From contig CAZQVF010000006.1 in the NCBI GenBank assembly GCA_964596735.1, forward strand, positions 24,152 to 88,151: a stretch of 64,000 nucleotides of DNA. The letters are read 5' to 3'. The notes beneath the pieces were generated by a model, which was not told the origin of the DNA, searched no databases, and saw only the letters and a program-made list of their open reading frames with translations. This DNA is from an uncultured Gammaproteobacteria bacterium (lineage in GTDB: Bacteria > Patescibacteriota > Patescibacteriia > UBA2591 > UBA6264). The first letter of the stretch is position 1. Every line of letters begins with the position of its first letter. Shown here piece by piece: positions 20,539 to 30,283 of this stretch. Position numbers and translations under genes: made by a program.

Positions 20539-21393
20539 CTACTCTTTCTCCACTACAATCATCACTTTTTCTCCCTGCAGCATGACTTCCTCTGCCTTTT
20601 CATCCTTGGAAAGAAACTTTATCTCGTCTAAAGAAAAGGGCCAATCATGGATCGCCTTAAAAAAAATATCATCTGAATATATAAAATCTGCTCCTAGGCG
20701 TGTTCCTGGATCATTAGTAATGATCCCTTTTTTATTATACCCCTTTACAACTAACATATGATATGGTGGTCCTGGCTGGCGATAATAGGGATTTTTTAAT
20801 AACCTCCCAGCTGCTGGAACGATAACAATATTGCCCTTGCTCAATTCGTATTTAACATTATCGATACTGTCTACGTTGGTAATATATATTTTTTCTATAC
20901 CAAAATATTGATCAGCCAATCTGACCGTTTCAGAGGCATTTAAATCATAATGTCCACCCCAATTATCTTCTTGCCATTTAACTGAATCTAAAATTTGTTC
21001 ATTTGCTTGTTCTTTGGTTAATTCTTGATTATTTAACCAGGCATTAGCAATAATTAAGACGGCTTCTTCGCAAGCCTCTTTATGTAATTCGTCCCACTCA
21101 GCAAACGGGGCTTGAACAATAAAGGGAACTGACAAATCAACTGATTCTTCTAGCTCTGAAGAAAAATCTTGGACAATAGTCTCTTCTATTTCAGATTCTT
21201 CAGGGATATTTCCAATAGGAAAATTTTCTGTTGAATTTTGTTCTTGATAGTCTTGTTCTAATGGTTTTTGCTCAACATCTGGAGTAGAAGAGAAATCCTT
21301 TGGACTAAATAACCAAAAATCAAAAACAAAAACTACCGCTAAGACAACGAATCCGATAATTATTTTTTGAAAAAGACTTTTACTTTCTTCCAT
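20539..21393 (-). CDS. membrane-anchored protein with C-terminal papain-like (C39/YvpB-like) domain candidate
   Basis: N-terminal TM helix and acidic linker, with a Cys (EACEEA) ... His (YHMLVVKGY) ... Asp (TNDPG) arrangement. Confidence 0.3.
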   Translation of the reverse strand: MEESKSLFQKIIIGFVVLAVVFVFDFWLFSPKDFSSTPDVEQKPLEQDYQEQNSTENFPIGNIPEESEIEETIVQDFSSELEESVDLSVPFIVQAPFAEWDELHKEACEEAVLIIANAWLNNQELTKEQANEQILDSVKWQEDNWGGHYDLNASETVRLADQYFGIEKIYITNVDSIDNVKYELSKGNIVIVPAAGRLLKNPYYRQPGPPYHMLVVKGYNKKGIITNDPGTRLGADFIYSDDIFFKAIHDWPFSLDEIKFLSKDEKAEEVMLQGEKVMIVVEKE

Positions 21394-23482
21394 ATTGTGC
21401 TTTATAGTACTTTAAATACTCTCCAGACTTTATTCTTTTCCACCAATCCTGATTACTCTTGTACCAATCAATTGTTTCCTTTAATGCTTTGTTAAATTTG
21501 TGTTTCGGCTCCCAGCCAAGTTCTTTTTTAATTTTTGTCGCATCAATAGCATAACGTAGGTCATGTCCCTTGCGATCAGCCACATATTTAATTTTATCTT
21601 TACCAAAACCTAAAATCTTAAGAACTTGATAAGTAATCTCTAAATTTGTTTTCTCTTCATTTCCTCCAATACAATAAGTCTCTCCTGTTTTTCCTTTACG
21701 TAAAACGACATCTATAGCCTGACAGTGATCTTCTACATATAGCCAATCTCTAACATTAAGCCCATCTCCATAAAGGGGAACCTTTTTACCTTGTAAAAGA
21801 TTGGTGGCAAATAAAGGAATAAGTTTTTCTGGAAATTGATAAGGGCCATAATTGTTGGAACAATTAGTAATAGTGATGGGGAGTTGATAAGTATGAAAAT
21901 AAGCCCGTACCAGATGATCAGAGGCTGCCTTAGAAGCAGAATAAGGACTACGAGGGTCATAAGGTGTTTTTTCATTAAAAAAGCCTGTTGGGCCAAGGCT
22001 GCCGAAAACCTCATCTGTATTCCCACAAAAATCTAACCTTCCATTTCTTTCGATAATAAAATTTTTATTGTCCTCGACGTTTAAACACCAAATTTTTCCT
22101 TTATATTTTTTTTTGCTAACATTATCCCTTATTAACATTTTTCTGCGACCCGAAAAACAAACATAATAACCATGCCCGCTTATCTTTCTATTTTTATAAA
22201 AACTTTTAGAAAATCTTCTTCCGACTAATGGTTTTTTATTTAATTTAAAAGCCAGCTCACAAATATCAGAAACAAGTTTTTCCGAGACAGTATAATAAAT
22301 TAGGCTCCCCTTTTTTTTACTTCCATCACTATCTATTAATCCGTCTAATAGATATTTTAAATATCTAGGAGAATAAGTCAGCATCCACCTGGGTATACAT
22401 TTATTCTTAGCCCCTTTTCCGAATTGTTCGAAAAAATCCATCCACTCCTTAGAAGAAAAATATAAATGCTCTCCTGCCCTTCCTTGATGGGTATGAAAAG
22501 GTATGCCTAAAATCTTTAACGCCCCCTCCACTTTCTTTCTAGCTTTATCGCTTCTAGGAACATCAAAAAATATTCTGTAACTATTTTGTTCGATAAGGTG
22601 TTTGTTTTTTGTCCTTATGCTATAGAATCTGCCCTTATTATCCCTGCCCCTTCTCATATACTCCGTTTTATTTAACCCTGTTTTTGATTCTTGAATTTTT
22701 ATTTGATGGCTAATAAATCCATCACCTATAAAAAACCCACACAAATAAAACAAATCTTTTGTGATCAATTTTCCAATATTTTTAATCCTGGTAAATTCTT
22801 TGTCTTCACCTGCCCATTTAGCTTCTGGCATAAAATTTCTACTTCGCGATAATAATTCTCTCGCTTCTTCCAATTTGATATTACCGCATTTTGTTTCTAA
22901 ATACATTCGATGATTTGGGGTTGTTTTAATATCTATCCTTTTGCTCTTAAAATAAATCATCTCTCCTTGATAATCTTGAATAATAACTTTATTCACTTTT
23001 TTTTCTTCTAAGAATTTTGACTTGGAATTAATACTAAAAACCACATCTCCTTTTTTTATTTCATTATATTTTTTAAATCCATCTTTAGTTAAAGCTCTTG
23101 TCTCTTCGTCATAACAAGAAACATGATGAAATCTTTTGTTTCCATGTTTAGTGGCTGCATTTAATAAGGTAGTTGTTCCCAAAATATTGGTGTTGATAAA
23201 AGGCCCTGGATCTAAAATAGAACGATCAACATGACTCTCTGCTGCTAAATGAATAATCGCATCGCATTGTTTAACCAAACTATCAACTAATTCAACATCG
23301 CAAATGTTTCCCTTGATAAATTTGTACTTAGGATTATTTTCAACTTCTTTTAAGTTTTCTAAATTGCCACAATAGGTTAACAAATCAAGGTTAACTATTT
23401 CATCTTCTGGATAATTTTTTAAAATATAGTGGATAAAATTTGATCCAATAAATCCAGCTCCACCAGTGATTAAAAGTTTCAT
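21380..23482 (-). CDS. rfbB: dTDP-glucose 4,6-dehydratase interrupted by an in-frame intein
   Basis: GGAGFIGS Rossmann motif and YSASK catalytic motif. The exteins total 334 aa and join as HHVS|TDEVFGS. A 366-aa insertion carries the intein blocks. Confidence 0.85.
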   Translation of the reverse strand: MKLLITGGAGFIGSNFIHYILKNYPEDEIVNLDLLTYCGNLENLKEVENNPKYKFIKGNICDVELVDSLVKQCDAIIHLAAESHVDRSILDPGPFINTNILGTTTLLNAATKHGNKRFHHVSCYDEETRALTKDGFKKYNEIKKGDVVFSINSKSKFLEEKKVNKVIIQDYQGEMIYFKSKRIDIKTTPNHRMYLETKCGNIKLEEARELLSRSRNFMPEAKWAGEDKEFTRIKNIGKLITKDLFYLCGFFIGDGFISHQIKIQESKTGLNKTEYMRRGRDNKGRFYSIRTKNKHLIEQNSYRIFFDVPRSDKARKKVEGALKILGIPFHTHQGRAGEHLYFSSKEWMDFFEQFGKGAKNKCIPRWMLTYSPRYLKYLLDGLIDSDGSKKKGSLIYYTVSEKLVSDICELAFKLNKKPLVGRRFSKSFYKNRKISGHGYYVCFSGRRKMLIRDNVSKKKYKGKIWCLNVEDNKNFIIERNGRLDFCGNTDEVFGSLGPTGFFNEKTPYDPRSPYSASKAASDHLVRAYFHTYQLPITITNCSNNYGPYQFPEKLIPLFATNLLQGKKVPLYGDGLNVRDWLYVEDHCQAIDVVLRKGKTGETYCIGGNEEKTNLEITYQVLKILGFGKDKIKYVADRKGHDLRYAIDATKIKKELGWEPKHKFNKALKETIDWYKSNQDWWKRIKSGEYLKYYKAQYGRK
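22019..23116 (-). mobile_element. intein with LAGLIDADG homing endonuclease domain inserted in rfbB
   Basis: Block A starts with Cys (CYDEETRAL), block B is TTPNH, block F is CLNVEDNKNFI, and block G is NGRLDFCGN with Thr at +1. Two LAGLIDADG motifs are present (LCGFFIGDGF and LLDGLIDSDGS). Confidence 0.8.
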
Positions 23483-23499
23483 AACGCTTAATATTATAT

Positions 23500-23973
23500 T
23501 TATTTAAAAATCCAAAACTTTTGAATAACAAAACGAAAAAACAAAACAATAAAAGCCGCAAAAGCCTTGGCTAAAATATCATAAACAGAAAAATATTCCA
23601 CAAACGCAAATAACAAATACTGGTAAAAAACCATTCCCCCTGCTGCCCCAACAACCCAAAATTTAATATATTGAGAGGCAATATTATCCCCCTTGTCTTT
23701 AAAGACCCATGTTTTATTTAAAATAAAACTGGCAAGTGCTCCAACAGACATAGCAATAAAATTAGTCCAGAGATAATGTGTCTGCCAAAATAAAAAAACT
23801 CGAGTTAAAAAAATGTAAATAGCGAAATCAACTAAAGTTAATGATCCTCCCGAAATAATAAATTTGGTTAATTGTCTTAAATAAAGATGTTTGCCAACAA
23901 TCGGTAATTTAAACAAAAGCCTGTCTGTCCAGGAAAATAATTTTTTTATATTTAAAAAAAATCTTTTTGTCAT
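23500..23973 (-). CDS. GtrA-family polysaccharide synthesis membrane protein
   Basis: Four TM helices and a KFIISGGSLTLVDFAIYIFL GtrA-like N-terminus. Confidence 0.55.
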   Translation of the reverse strand: MTKRFFLNIKKLFSWTDRLLFKLPIVGKHLYLRQLTKFIISGGSLTLVDFAIYIFLTRVFLFWQTHYLWTNFIAMSVGALASFILNKTWVFKDKGDNIASQYIKFWVVGAAGGMVFYQYLLFAFVEYFSVYDILAKAFAAFIVLFFRFVIQKFWIFK

Positions 23974-25013
23974 TTAAGATAAAAACTTTTGTTTCTATTA
24001 TGTTCTTCTACTGTTTGGCTGAAAATCATTTCTCCTTGATCTGTTGATAAAAAACAACAATAATCATTTTCTAGGGGGCTAAGGGTGGCTTTAATAGAAG
24101 AAAGACTTGGATTGTTAATCGGTGCCGGGGGCAAACCTGCATTAAGGTAGGTATTATATGGGGAGGGAATCCTTGTGTCTTCAAAACTTAACCTTGCTTT
24201 AGGATCACCAAGAATATAATTAATAGTTGCGCAAGATTCTAATGCCCAACCAACTTCCAATCTTTTCCAAAAAATATCAGCGATTAAACGCCGATCTTGA
24301 TCTAAAGCTGCTTCTTTTTCAATTAAAGAGGCCATGGTGACAACCTCAAAAATGCTCCTTCCAGCTTGTTCTGCTTTTAGTCTTAGTCCGACACCTATTT
24401 TTTCATCAAAGTTCTCCAACATCCTTTTGATAATTGCTTCAGCTGTAGTTTCTTTATAAAACCGATAAGTATCTGGAAAAAGAAAACCTTGCAACATGGC
24501 CTCTTTAGAAGATCTTTCTACTGCTTCAGATAAAAATTCGTATTTATCTAAAATCTCTTGATTTTGGCTAATAGTATTTAATGCGAGTAAAAATTCTTCT
24601 TTAGAAATAATCTCCTGTTCTTTTAAAAATTCTTCTATTTCTTTATTAGTCCAGCCTTCAATAAATGTTATTTCCCTTTCTTGGGCCAATGGTGAGCTAA
24701 TTAAAGCCCTAATCAAGTCTTTTAATCCCATTCCCATTTCTACTTTATATTCGCCTGGCCAAAATTTATTCTTAGCCCTGCTTAAAAAAGAATAAAGCTC
24801 AAAAGTTTTGACATTATTTATCAATCCCTGGTCTTTTAATTTTTGACCAATCTCTTTCAATCCCTCTCCTTTTTCTACTAAAATAGTCGTCACCTCTATG
24901 TCTTGTCTATCAATAACAGAAACATTTGGAGAGGAGTTTTGAAATGAAAAATATAAAACAATAACAATAACTGCGAAAATTAAATAACCCAAAATTATTC
25001 CTTTTTGGGACAT
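23970..25013 (-). CDS. mltG: endolytic murein transglycosylase (YceG/MltG family)
   Basis: N-terminal TM helix and a GFLFPDTY motif. Confidence 0.7.
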   Translation of the reverse strand: MSQKGIILGYLIFAVIVIVLYFSFQNSSPNVSVIDRQDIEVTTILVEKGEGLKEIGQKLKDQGLINNVKTFELYSFLSRAKNKFWPGEYKVEMGMGLKDLIRALISSPLAQEREITFIEGWTNKEIEEFLKEQEIISKEEFLLALNTISQNQEILDKYEFLSEAVERSSKEAMLQGFLFPDTYRFYKETTAEAIIKRMLENFDEKIGVGLRLKAEQAGRSIFEVVTMASLIEKEAALDQDRRLIADIFWKRLEVGWALESCATINYILGDPKARLSFEDTRIPSPYNTYLNAGLPPAPINNPSLSSIKATLSPLENDYCCFLSTDQGEMIFSQTVEEHNRNKSFYLK

Positions 25014-25138
25014 ACTTTTTTATATAACTCTTTAATTTGTTTTTTCTTTTCTTCAAAATCTGAAACTTCTCGTTGCAAGCGAGCTTTTTCTAAGCGAATA
25101 TATTTTCTCACACTTTTGGATAAACGTTTTTTAGACAT
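24995..25138 (-). CDS. small basic protein (47 aa, not in ORF track)
   Basis: ATG at 25138 down to TAA at 24995 gives MSKKRLSKSVRKYIRLEKARLQREVSDFEEKKKQIKELYKKVCPKKE. The ORF is intergenic between mltG and trxB. Confidence 0.2.
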   Translation of the reverse strand: MSKKRLSKSVRKYIRLEKARLQREVSDFEEKKKQIKELYKKVCPKKE

Positions 25139-25253
25139 TTGATAATCGAATTATGTTTTTTATATTTATTTCCTTCAAATCATAACAAAAATTAAAAACA
25201 AAAACAAGAGACTAAGATTTGTCATTTTAATTAAAACAGGTTATACTATAATC

Positions 25254-26201
25254 ATGAATTCCAAAACCGACACAATCTATGACTTAATCATTATCGGAAC
25301 CGGACCAGCTGGTTTAGCTGCCTCTATTTATGCCTCTCGTTATGGTTTAAAACACTTGATTCTTGGCATTTTCAAAGGAGGAACGGCTACAGAGGCTTTT
25401 ATAGTTGAAAATTATCCAGGATTTAAATCAATCTCTGGCAATGAATTAATGCAAAAATTTATAGAACATGTTAAACAGTATAATCCTGAAATAATCCCCA
25501 CTGAAGTAAAGAGTATGAAAAGACAAGGGAATTATTTTGAAATAAAAACCGAGTTGAGTAAAATTTTCAAAGCTAAAACGCTTATCTTGGCCCTGGGCGT
25601 TCACCATCGGACCCTCTCAATTATCGGAGAAAAAAAATTCCTTGGCAAAGGAGTCAGTTATTGTCATACCTGCGATGGGCCTCTTTTTAAAGATAAAATT
25701 GTAGGCGTCGTTGGGGGCGGAGATGGAGCCTTAACAGCTGCTCTCTTTCTTTCTAAGCACGCTAAAAAGGTCTATTTGATTCATCGACGAAAAGAATTTC
25801 GTGGACAAATTGCTTGGCAACATAGTGTTGCCAAAAACAAAAAAATTATTAAAATATTACAAAGACAGGTAAAAGAAGTACGTGGCGATAAATTTGTAAA
25901 AGAGCTTGTTTTAGATCTTCCCCATAAAACAAAAAAAAGTCTTAAGGTTGATGGACTTTTTATTGAGATAGGCACTTTGCCATCAGGAGGAAAAATAATT
26001 TTTGAACCTCCTTTAAACTTAAAAAGGGATAAATTAAACTATATTGTTACTGACCGCTCAATGCAGACAAATATTCCAGGGATATTTGCTGCCGGTGATA
26101 TCACTAGTCCGCCGGAAAAATTAAGACAAATCCTAACTGCTTCTGCTGAAGGATCTATTGCCACGGCCAGTGCTCAACGTTTCTTAGCAAAACAAGGATA
26201 A
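25254..26201 (+). CDS. trxB: thioredoxin-disulfide reductase
   Basis: IIGTGPAGLAA FAD motif, CHTCDG redox-active pair, GGGDGA NADPH motif. Confidence 0.85.
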   Translation: MNSKTDTIYDLIIIGTGPAGLAASIYASRYGLKHLILGIFKGGTATEAFIVENYPGFKSISGNELMQKFIEHVKQYNPEIIPTEVKSMKRQGNYFEIKTELSKIFKAKTLILALGVHHRTLSIIGEKKFLGKGVSYCHTCDGPLFKDKIVGVVGGGDGALTAALFLSKHAKKVYLIHRRKEFRGQIAWQHSVAKNKKIIKILQRQVKEVRGDKFVKELVLDLPHKTKKSLKVDGLFIEIGTLPSGGKIIFEPPLNLKRDKLNYIVTDRSMQTNIPGIFAAGDITSPPEKLRQILTASAEGSIATASAQRFLAKQG

Positions 26202-26213
26202 TCTAAAATAATC
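26180..26213. repeat. 34-bp perfect direct repeat, copy 1 (tttcttagcaaaacaaggataatctaaaataatc)
   Basis: Identical to 26963..26996. Copy 1 encodes the last residues and stop of trxB. Confidence 0.9.
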
Positions 26214-26236
26214 GTTATATATCTATTAAGAATGTT

Positions 26237-26899
26237 CTACCCCTGCTTTTTATACAGGTTGACATGAAATAAATCAAAAGGATAGCAAAGGGGTATTTTT
26301 TTTAATAACACCCTGTCAAAGCCCATTTGTCGAATAATCTTGTCTAATTGCCTTGCGTTATAATAATGTTTCCCTGCTCCGGGCCCACTCGCCTGAGAAT
26401 AAGTACCCTTTATAATAAATCTTAATGATTTATATAACGTAGATTCAACCGGTGAGCTCACTATTAAATGGCCATCGTCTTTTAAAATTCGCTTGATTTC
26501 TATGATCGCTACTTTAATATCTTTCATGTGTTCAAGAATATCTAGACAAACTACTACATCAAACATATAATTCTGAAAGCCCGTTTTTAGAATGTTTCGA
26601 ACCCTAAAATCGCAATTCCTAATTTGCGTTTCTAATTGAATAACTCTTGGATTTAAATCAATTCCCCACATTGCACGGGCTTTGATGCCACACTTATTTA
26701 TTAATTGAATGAAATACCCATCTCCACAGCCTATGTCTATTAAAACATCTGTTTTGATTGTTTTTAAAAATTTCAGTGCTATATACAGTCGCTTTTTGAA
26801 CAACCATTTAACAGCTGGATTTTTTGAATAATACTCTGGAACAATCTTTTTCAAAGGGATATCAAATTTTTGGTTTTCATCTAATTGAATATTATTCAT
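26237..26899 (-). CDS. class I SAM-dependent methyltransferase
   Basis: VLIDIGCGDGYF motif I and LDILEH motif. Confidence 0.7.
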   Translation of the reverse strand: MNNIQLDENQKFDIPLKKIVPEYYSKNPAVKWLFKKRLYIALKFLKTIKTDVLIDIGCGDGYFIQLINKCGIKARAMWGIDLNPRVIQLETQIRNCDFRVRNILKTGFQNYMFDVVVCLDILEHMKDIKVAIIEIKRILKDDGHLIVSSPVESTLYKSLRFIIKGTYSQASGPGAGKHYYNARQLDKIIRQMGFDRVLLKKIPLCYPFDLFHVNLYKKQG

Positions 26900-26938
26900 A
26901 TTCTCTTTTTAACGAAATTAAAATCTTTGTCAATGTCT

Positions 26939-27409
26939 TTATGTCAATTGATCCTTTTTCTCTTTCTTAGCAAAACAAGGATAATCTAAAATAATCATTT
27001 GCCAAATCAAAATAATTATACCAACAAGAATCATTAAGTCAGCCACATTAAAAACAGCAACAAACGGCAAGTCAAAATAATCTATTACTAATCCATGTTT
27101 CCAACGATCTAAAAGATTACTAAAAGCTCCTACTAAAATTAATAGTAAACACGAAATATTAACTAGATTTCTTTGTTGATAACTCTTAATTAATTTTAAA
27201 ACTACCCAGAAAAGAATAATAATTAATAAAAAATAAAAAAATATTCCCTTTAAAGGAATACCCAAGGCAATATTCGGGTTAGTCGAAAGAGAAAAATTAA
27301 AAAAATAAATTTCCTTTGTTGCTCCCTCAAGAGCAAATTTTTTTAAAGATCTGTCTAAAATAAAAAGAAATAATATTAAGAGATTAACCCAGAATAATCG
27401 TCTATTCAT
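26939..27409 (-). CDS. lspA: lipoprotein signal peptidase (signal peptidase II)
   Basis: Four TM helices and a FNVADL motif. Confidence 0.7.
   Translation of the reverse strand: MNRRLFWVNLLILFLFILDRSLKKFALEGATKEIYFFNFSLSTNPNIALGIPLKGIFFYFLLIIILFWVVLKLIKSYQQRNLVNISCLLLILVGAFSNLLDRWKHGLVIDYFDLPFVAVFNVADLMILVGIIILIWQMIILDYPCFAKKEKKDQLT
26963..26996. repeat. 34-bp perfect direct repeat, copy 2
   Basis: Identical to 26180..26213. On the minus strand it encodes the C-terminal tail (ILDYPCFAKKE) of the lspA-like gene. Confidence 0.9.
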
Positions 27410-27418
27410 TGTTATTTT

Positions 27419-27784
27419 TTAATTTTTACCTGTTTTGCAAGATAAACAATATCGCGCTGTTGGCAAAATCTTTAATCTTTTTTTTCCTATCTTCTTGCCG
27501 CACGTTTCGCATAAACCATATTGATTACGAGTAATTTTTCGTAAAGCTAAATTAACCCCTTCTAATGATTCTTTTAGATTTTCTCCCATAGAAAGAGTAT
27601 CAACAAACGCTGCCACTTCATCGGCATTTTCATCTTCAGCTCGACCATACTCTGGAAATTTCGGCTCATACCTGTTTCCACTTCGACCACTCTTTTTAGC
27701 TATCTGTTCAAGCTCTTTTTTAATTTTCTGCCGTTGAACTTGTAATTCTTCTTTTATAGAAGATAAGCTACTTAACATAAACAT
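27419..27784 (-). CDS. DksA/TraR-family C4 zinc-finger protein
   Basis: C-terminal CETCGKKI...CLSCK four-Cys finger, with a coiled-coil N-terminus. Confidence 0.65.
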   Translation of the reverse strand: MFMLSSLSSIKEELQVQRQKIKKELEQIAKKSGRSGNRYEPKFPEYGRAEDENADEVAAFVDTLSMGENLKESLEGVNLALRKITRNQYGLCETCGKKIGKKRLKILPTARYCLSCKTGKN

Positions 27785-27901
27785 TTATTTTTAGTTTTTA
27801 AGAGAAAAAAGGGGGTTGCCCTTGTTTTCTTGTAGTCTCAGTCTATAAGTATATAATTAAAAAATCGACTAGCAAGGGGGCTTATCCACAGGTAAATCCA
27901 A

Positions 27902-29206
27902 TTATAAGCCTAATGTTAACCTTCCTTTTATCCCTTGTTCTGTTTGAATAATTAATAAATTTTTTAAAGGTAATTCACTGCCTTGAAAAAATATACCTTT
28001 TTCAATTTCTTGGATTTGAAATCCAGAGAAAAGCTTATTGGGAGCGTTAACAATTTCTTCAAATAAAGAAATTTTATTAGCAATAAAATTCTGTTCCTTG
28101 TCTTGCCAGACAATAAAACCCGCTTGTTCTTGATTTTCAAAAAAATCCATTGGCCAGTAATGTACTAATGTCTGATTGAATTCTTCTGTTTTAAAATTAA
28201 ACTTATTTGAATCAACAATTAATTCTGTAAATTTCGTTTGATCAGGCAATAACACTTGTTTTTTAATTGGTTTTTGAATAGCCAAGGCTTGTTTAATTTT
28301 CTGTAATAAAAAATCAGTTGAGTTGATTTGAGGTAAAACAAAAACAAAACCTTGATTAGAATTATTATCCGAGATAAAATCGTCAAAAGAAAATAAATTT
28401 TCCTTGTAATCTTGATTGGACAAATTTATAGAAAAAAATAAATTTTCAGCATTTAAAATAGAATAAAGACTGATTCCTGCTAAATCGTTCCCTGTCTGGC
28501 TGATTTCATTTTCTTTTTTTATTTCTTCTTGTAAATCTTTAAAGCTAATATAACCACTTGCCCAAACTGAAAACCCTGGTCCTGAAAATAAAGAATCTTT
28601 TTTATTAAGAAGGCTTTGAGACAGAAAAAAATCTGAAGATTGAAAATCGTTTAAAAAAGACTGAGGAGAAACTACCCAAACATGTGTTGTTAATTCTTGC
28701 ACATGAAAACCCTTTAATGATTTAATTAACAAAGAGGGATTGGACCATCTTTTCAACTTTAACAAAAGAACTATTTCCATTTTTGATAAAAGCCCTTTAT
28801 TGTTTTCGTGGGTTCGTTCCTGGGGAAATAAAACTAAGGCAATTTCATCTATAAATCCTATATTTTCTCCTTTAAATGTATTCTTAATTAAGGCCAATCT
28901 GGGATCATTTTCCGGAAGACCAGCTAAAATTTGTTGTATTTTTAAATCATTAAGCCACTGATTGCCCAAACAACCAGTTCGTCTAGCTTGATTCAAATCT
29001 AAATGTAAATAAAGAAAACTATTTTTAGGAACGAATTCGATTAAATTATCTGGCTGCCAAAAAAAATAAATAGACAAAGCAAAGATAACTAAAATAATAC
29101 CTAAAAACAATATTGCGTTTCGTGACCTAAGTCTCATAAAAGCATAATAAAATAAAGCGAAGGGCTTGTCAATCTTTCTAAAACCCTTATAATAAGATGT
29201 ATGCAA
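27902..29206 (-). CDS. hypothetical membrane-anchored protein
   Basis: Long ORF with an N-terminal TM helix; no family recognised. Confidence 0.3.
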   Translation of the reverse strand: MHTSYYKGFRKIDKPFALFYYAFMRLRSRNAILFLGIILVIFALSIYFFWQPDNLIEFVPKNSFLYLHLDLNQARRTGCLGNQWLNDLKIQQILAGLPENDPRLALIKNTFKGENIGFIDEIALVLFPQERTHENNKGLLSKMEIVLLLKLKRWSNPSLLIKSLKGFHVQELTTHVWVVSPQSFLNDFQSSDFFLSQSLLNKKDSLFSGPGFSVWASGYISFKDLQEEIKKENEISQTGNDLAGISLYSILNAENLFFSINLSNQDYKENLFSFDDFISDNNSNQGFVFVLPQINSTDFLLQKIKQALAIQKPIKKQVLLPDQTKFTELIVDSNKFNFKTEEFNQTLVHYWPMDFFENQEQAGFIVWQDKEQNFIANKISLFEEIVNAPNKLFSGFQIQEIEKGIFFQGSELPLKNLLIIQTEQGIKGRLTLGL

Positions 29207-30280
29207 GATACAACAAGTAAAAAAGACTATAGTCAGTTAATAAAATCCCTACCTAAACTTGGTGACCTTATTGAGGGGACAGTTATTGAAATTGGTCGTA
29301 ATGAAATCTATCTAGATATTAACGGTCTAACCACTGGGGTTGTCAGAGGACCTGAACTTTTTGACGAATCTGGAGAATTTTCTAACCTAAAAAAGAAAGA
29401 TAAAATTTCCGCTACAGTCGTTGAATTAGAAAATGAAAAAGGATTGGTTGAATTATCTTTTCGTCATGCTAGTCACAAAAAGGCTTGGAACAGGCTTGAA
29501 GATATCGCTAAAGGCGAAAATTCTTTATTAATTAAAGTTATCGAAGCAAACAAGGGAGGTTTAATTGTCCGAAGTGGTAAAATCCAAGGATTTTTACCTG
29601 TTTCACAGTTAAAACCCGAACATTATCCTCGAGTCGACGACGGTGATAAAAATAAAATTTTAGAAAAATTAAAAAGCTTTATTAACAAGGAAATGCTTGT
29701 CAAAATTATTACCATTGACGAAAAAAATGGAAAGCTAATTGTTTCTGAAAAAGAAGTCGGACCAAGTAAGAAAAAACTTATACATAAAAATTACAAAATT
29801 GGTGATGTTATTAAAGGAAAAATTAGTGGATTAGTTGACTTTGGCATTTTTGTAACTTTTGACAAAAATCAAGAAGGCCTGGTTCATATTTCTGAATTAG
29901 CCTGGCAAAGAATTGACCATCCTCAAGATATAGTTAAAGTCGGAGAAACAGTAAAAGCAGAAATTATTGGTATTACCGATGATGGTAAAATTTCCCTTTC
30001 CATTAGAAGATTGTTAAAAGACCCCTGGAGTGTGGTCAAGAAAAAATATAAAATTGACCAAAAAGTTAAAGGGAAGGTTTTAAAGATTAACCCCTTTGGT
30101 CTTTTTGTTGAACTAGACAAAGACATTCACGGATTAGCCCATATCTCAGAATTATCAAAAGCTCCAATTAGAGATATTTCTAAGGTCGCCAAAGAAGGTG
30201 ATATATTGGATTTTAAAGTTGTTTCAATTGAGCCAGAAGACCATCGTCTTGGACTATCATTGATTGAAAGTAAAAAATAG
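29201..30280 (+). CDS. rpsA: 30S ribosomal protein S1 (short form, four S1 domains)
   Basis: Repeated S1 OB-fold blocks (GDVIKGKISGLVDFGIFV, GLVHISEL, GLAHISEL). Confidence 0.7.
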   Translation: MQDTTSKKDYSQLIKSLPKLGDLIEGTVIEIGRNEIYLDINGLTTGVVRGPELFDESGEFSNLKKKDKISATVVELENEKGLVELSFRHASHKKAWNRLEDIAKGENSLLIKVIEANKGGLIVRSGKIQGFLPVSQLKPEHYPRVDDGDKNKILEKLKSFINKEMLVKIITIDEKNGKLIVSEKEVGPSKKKLIHKNYKIGDVIKGKISGLVDFGIFVTFDKNQEGLVHISELAWQRIDHPQDIVKVGETVKAEIIGITDDGKISLSIRRLLKDPWSVVKKKYKIDQKVKGKVLKINPFGLFVELDKDIHGLAHISELSKAPIRDISKVAKEGDILDFKVVSIEPEDHRLGLSLIESKK

Positions 30281-30283
30281 ATT

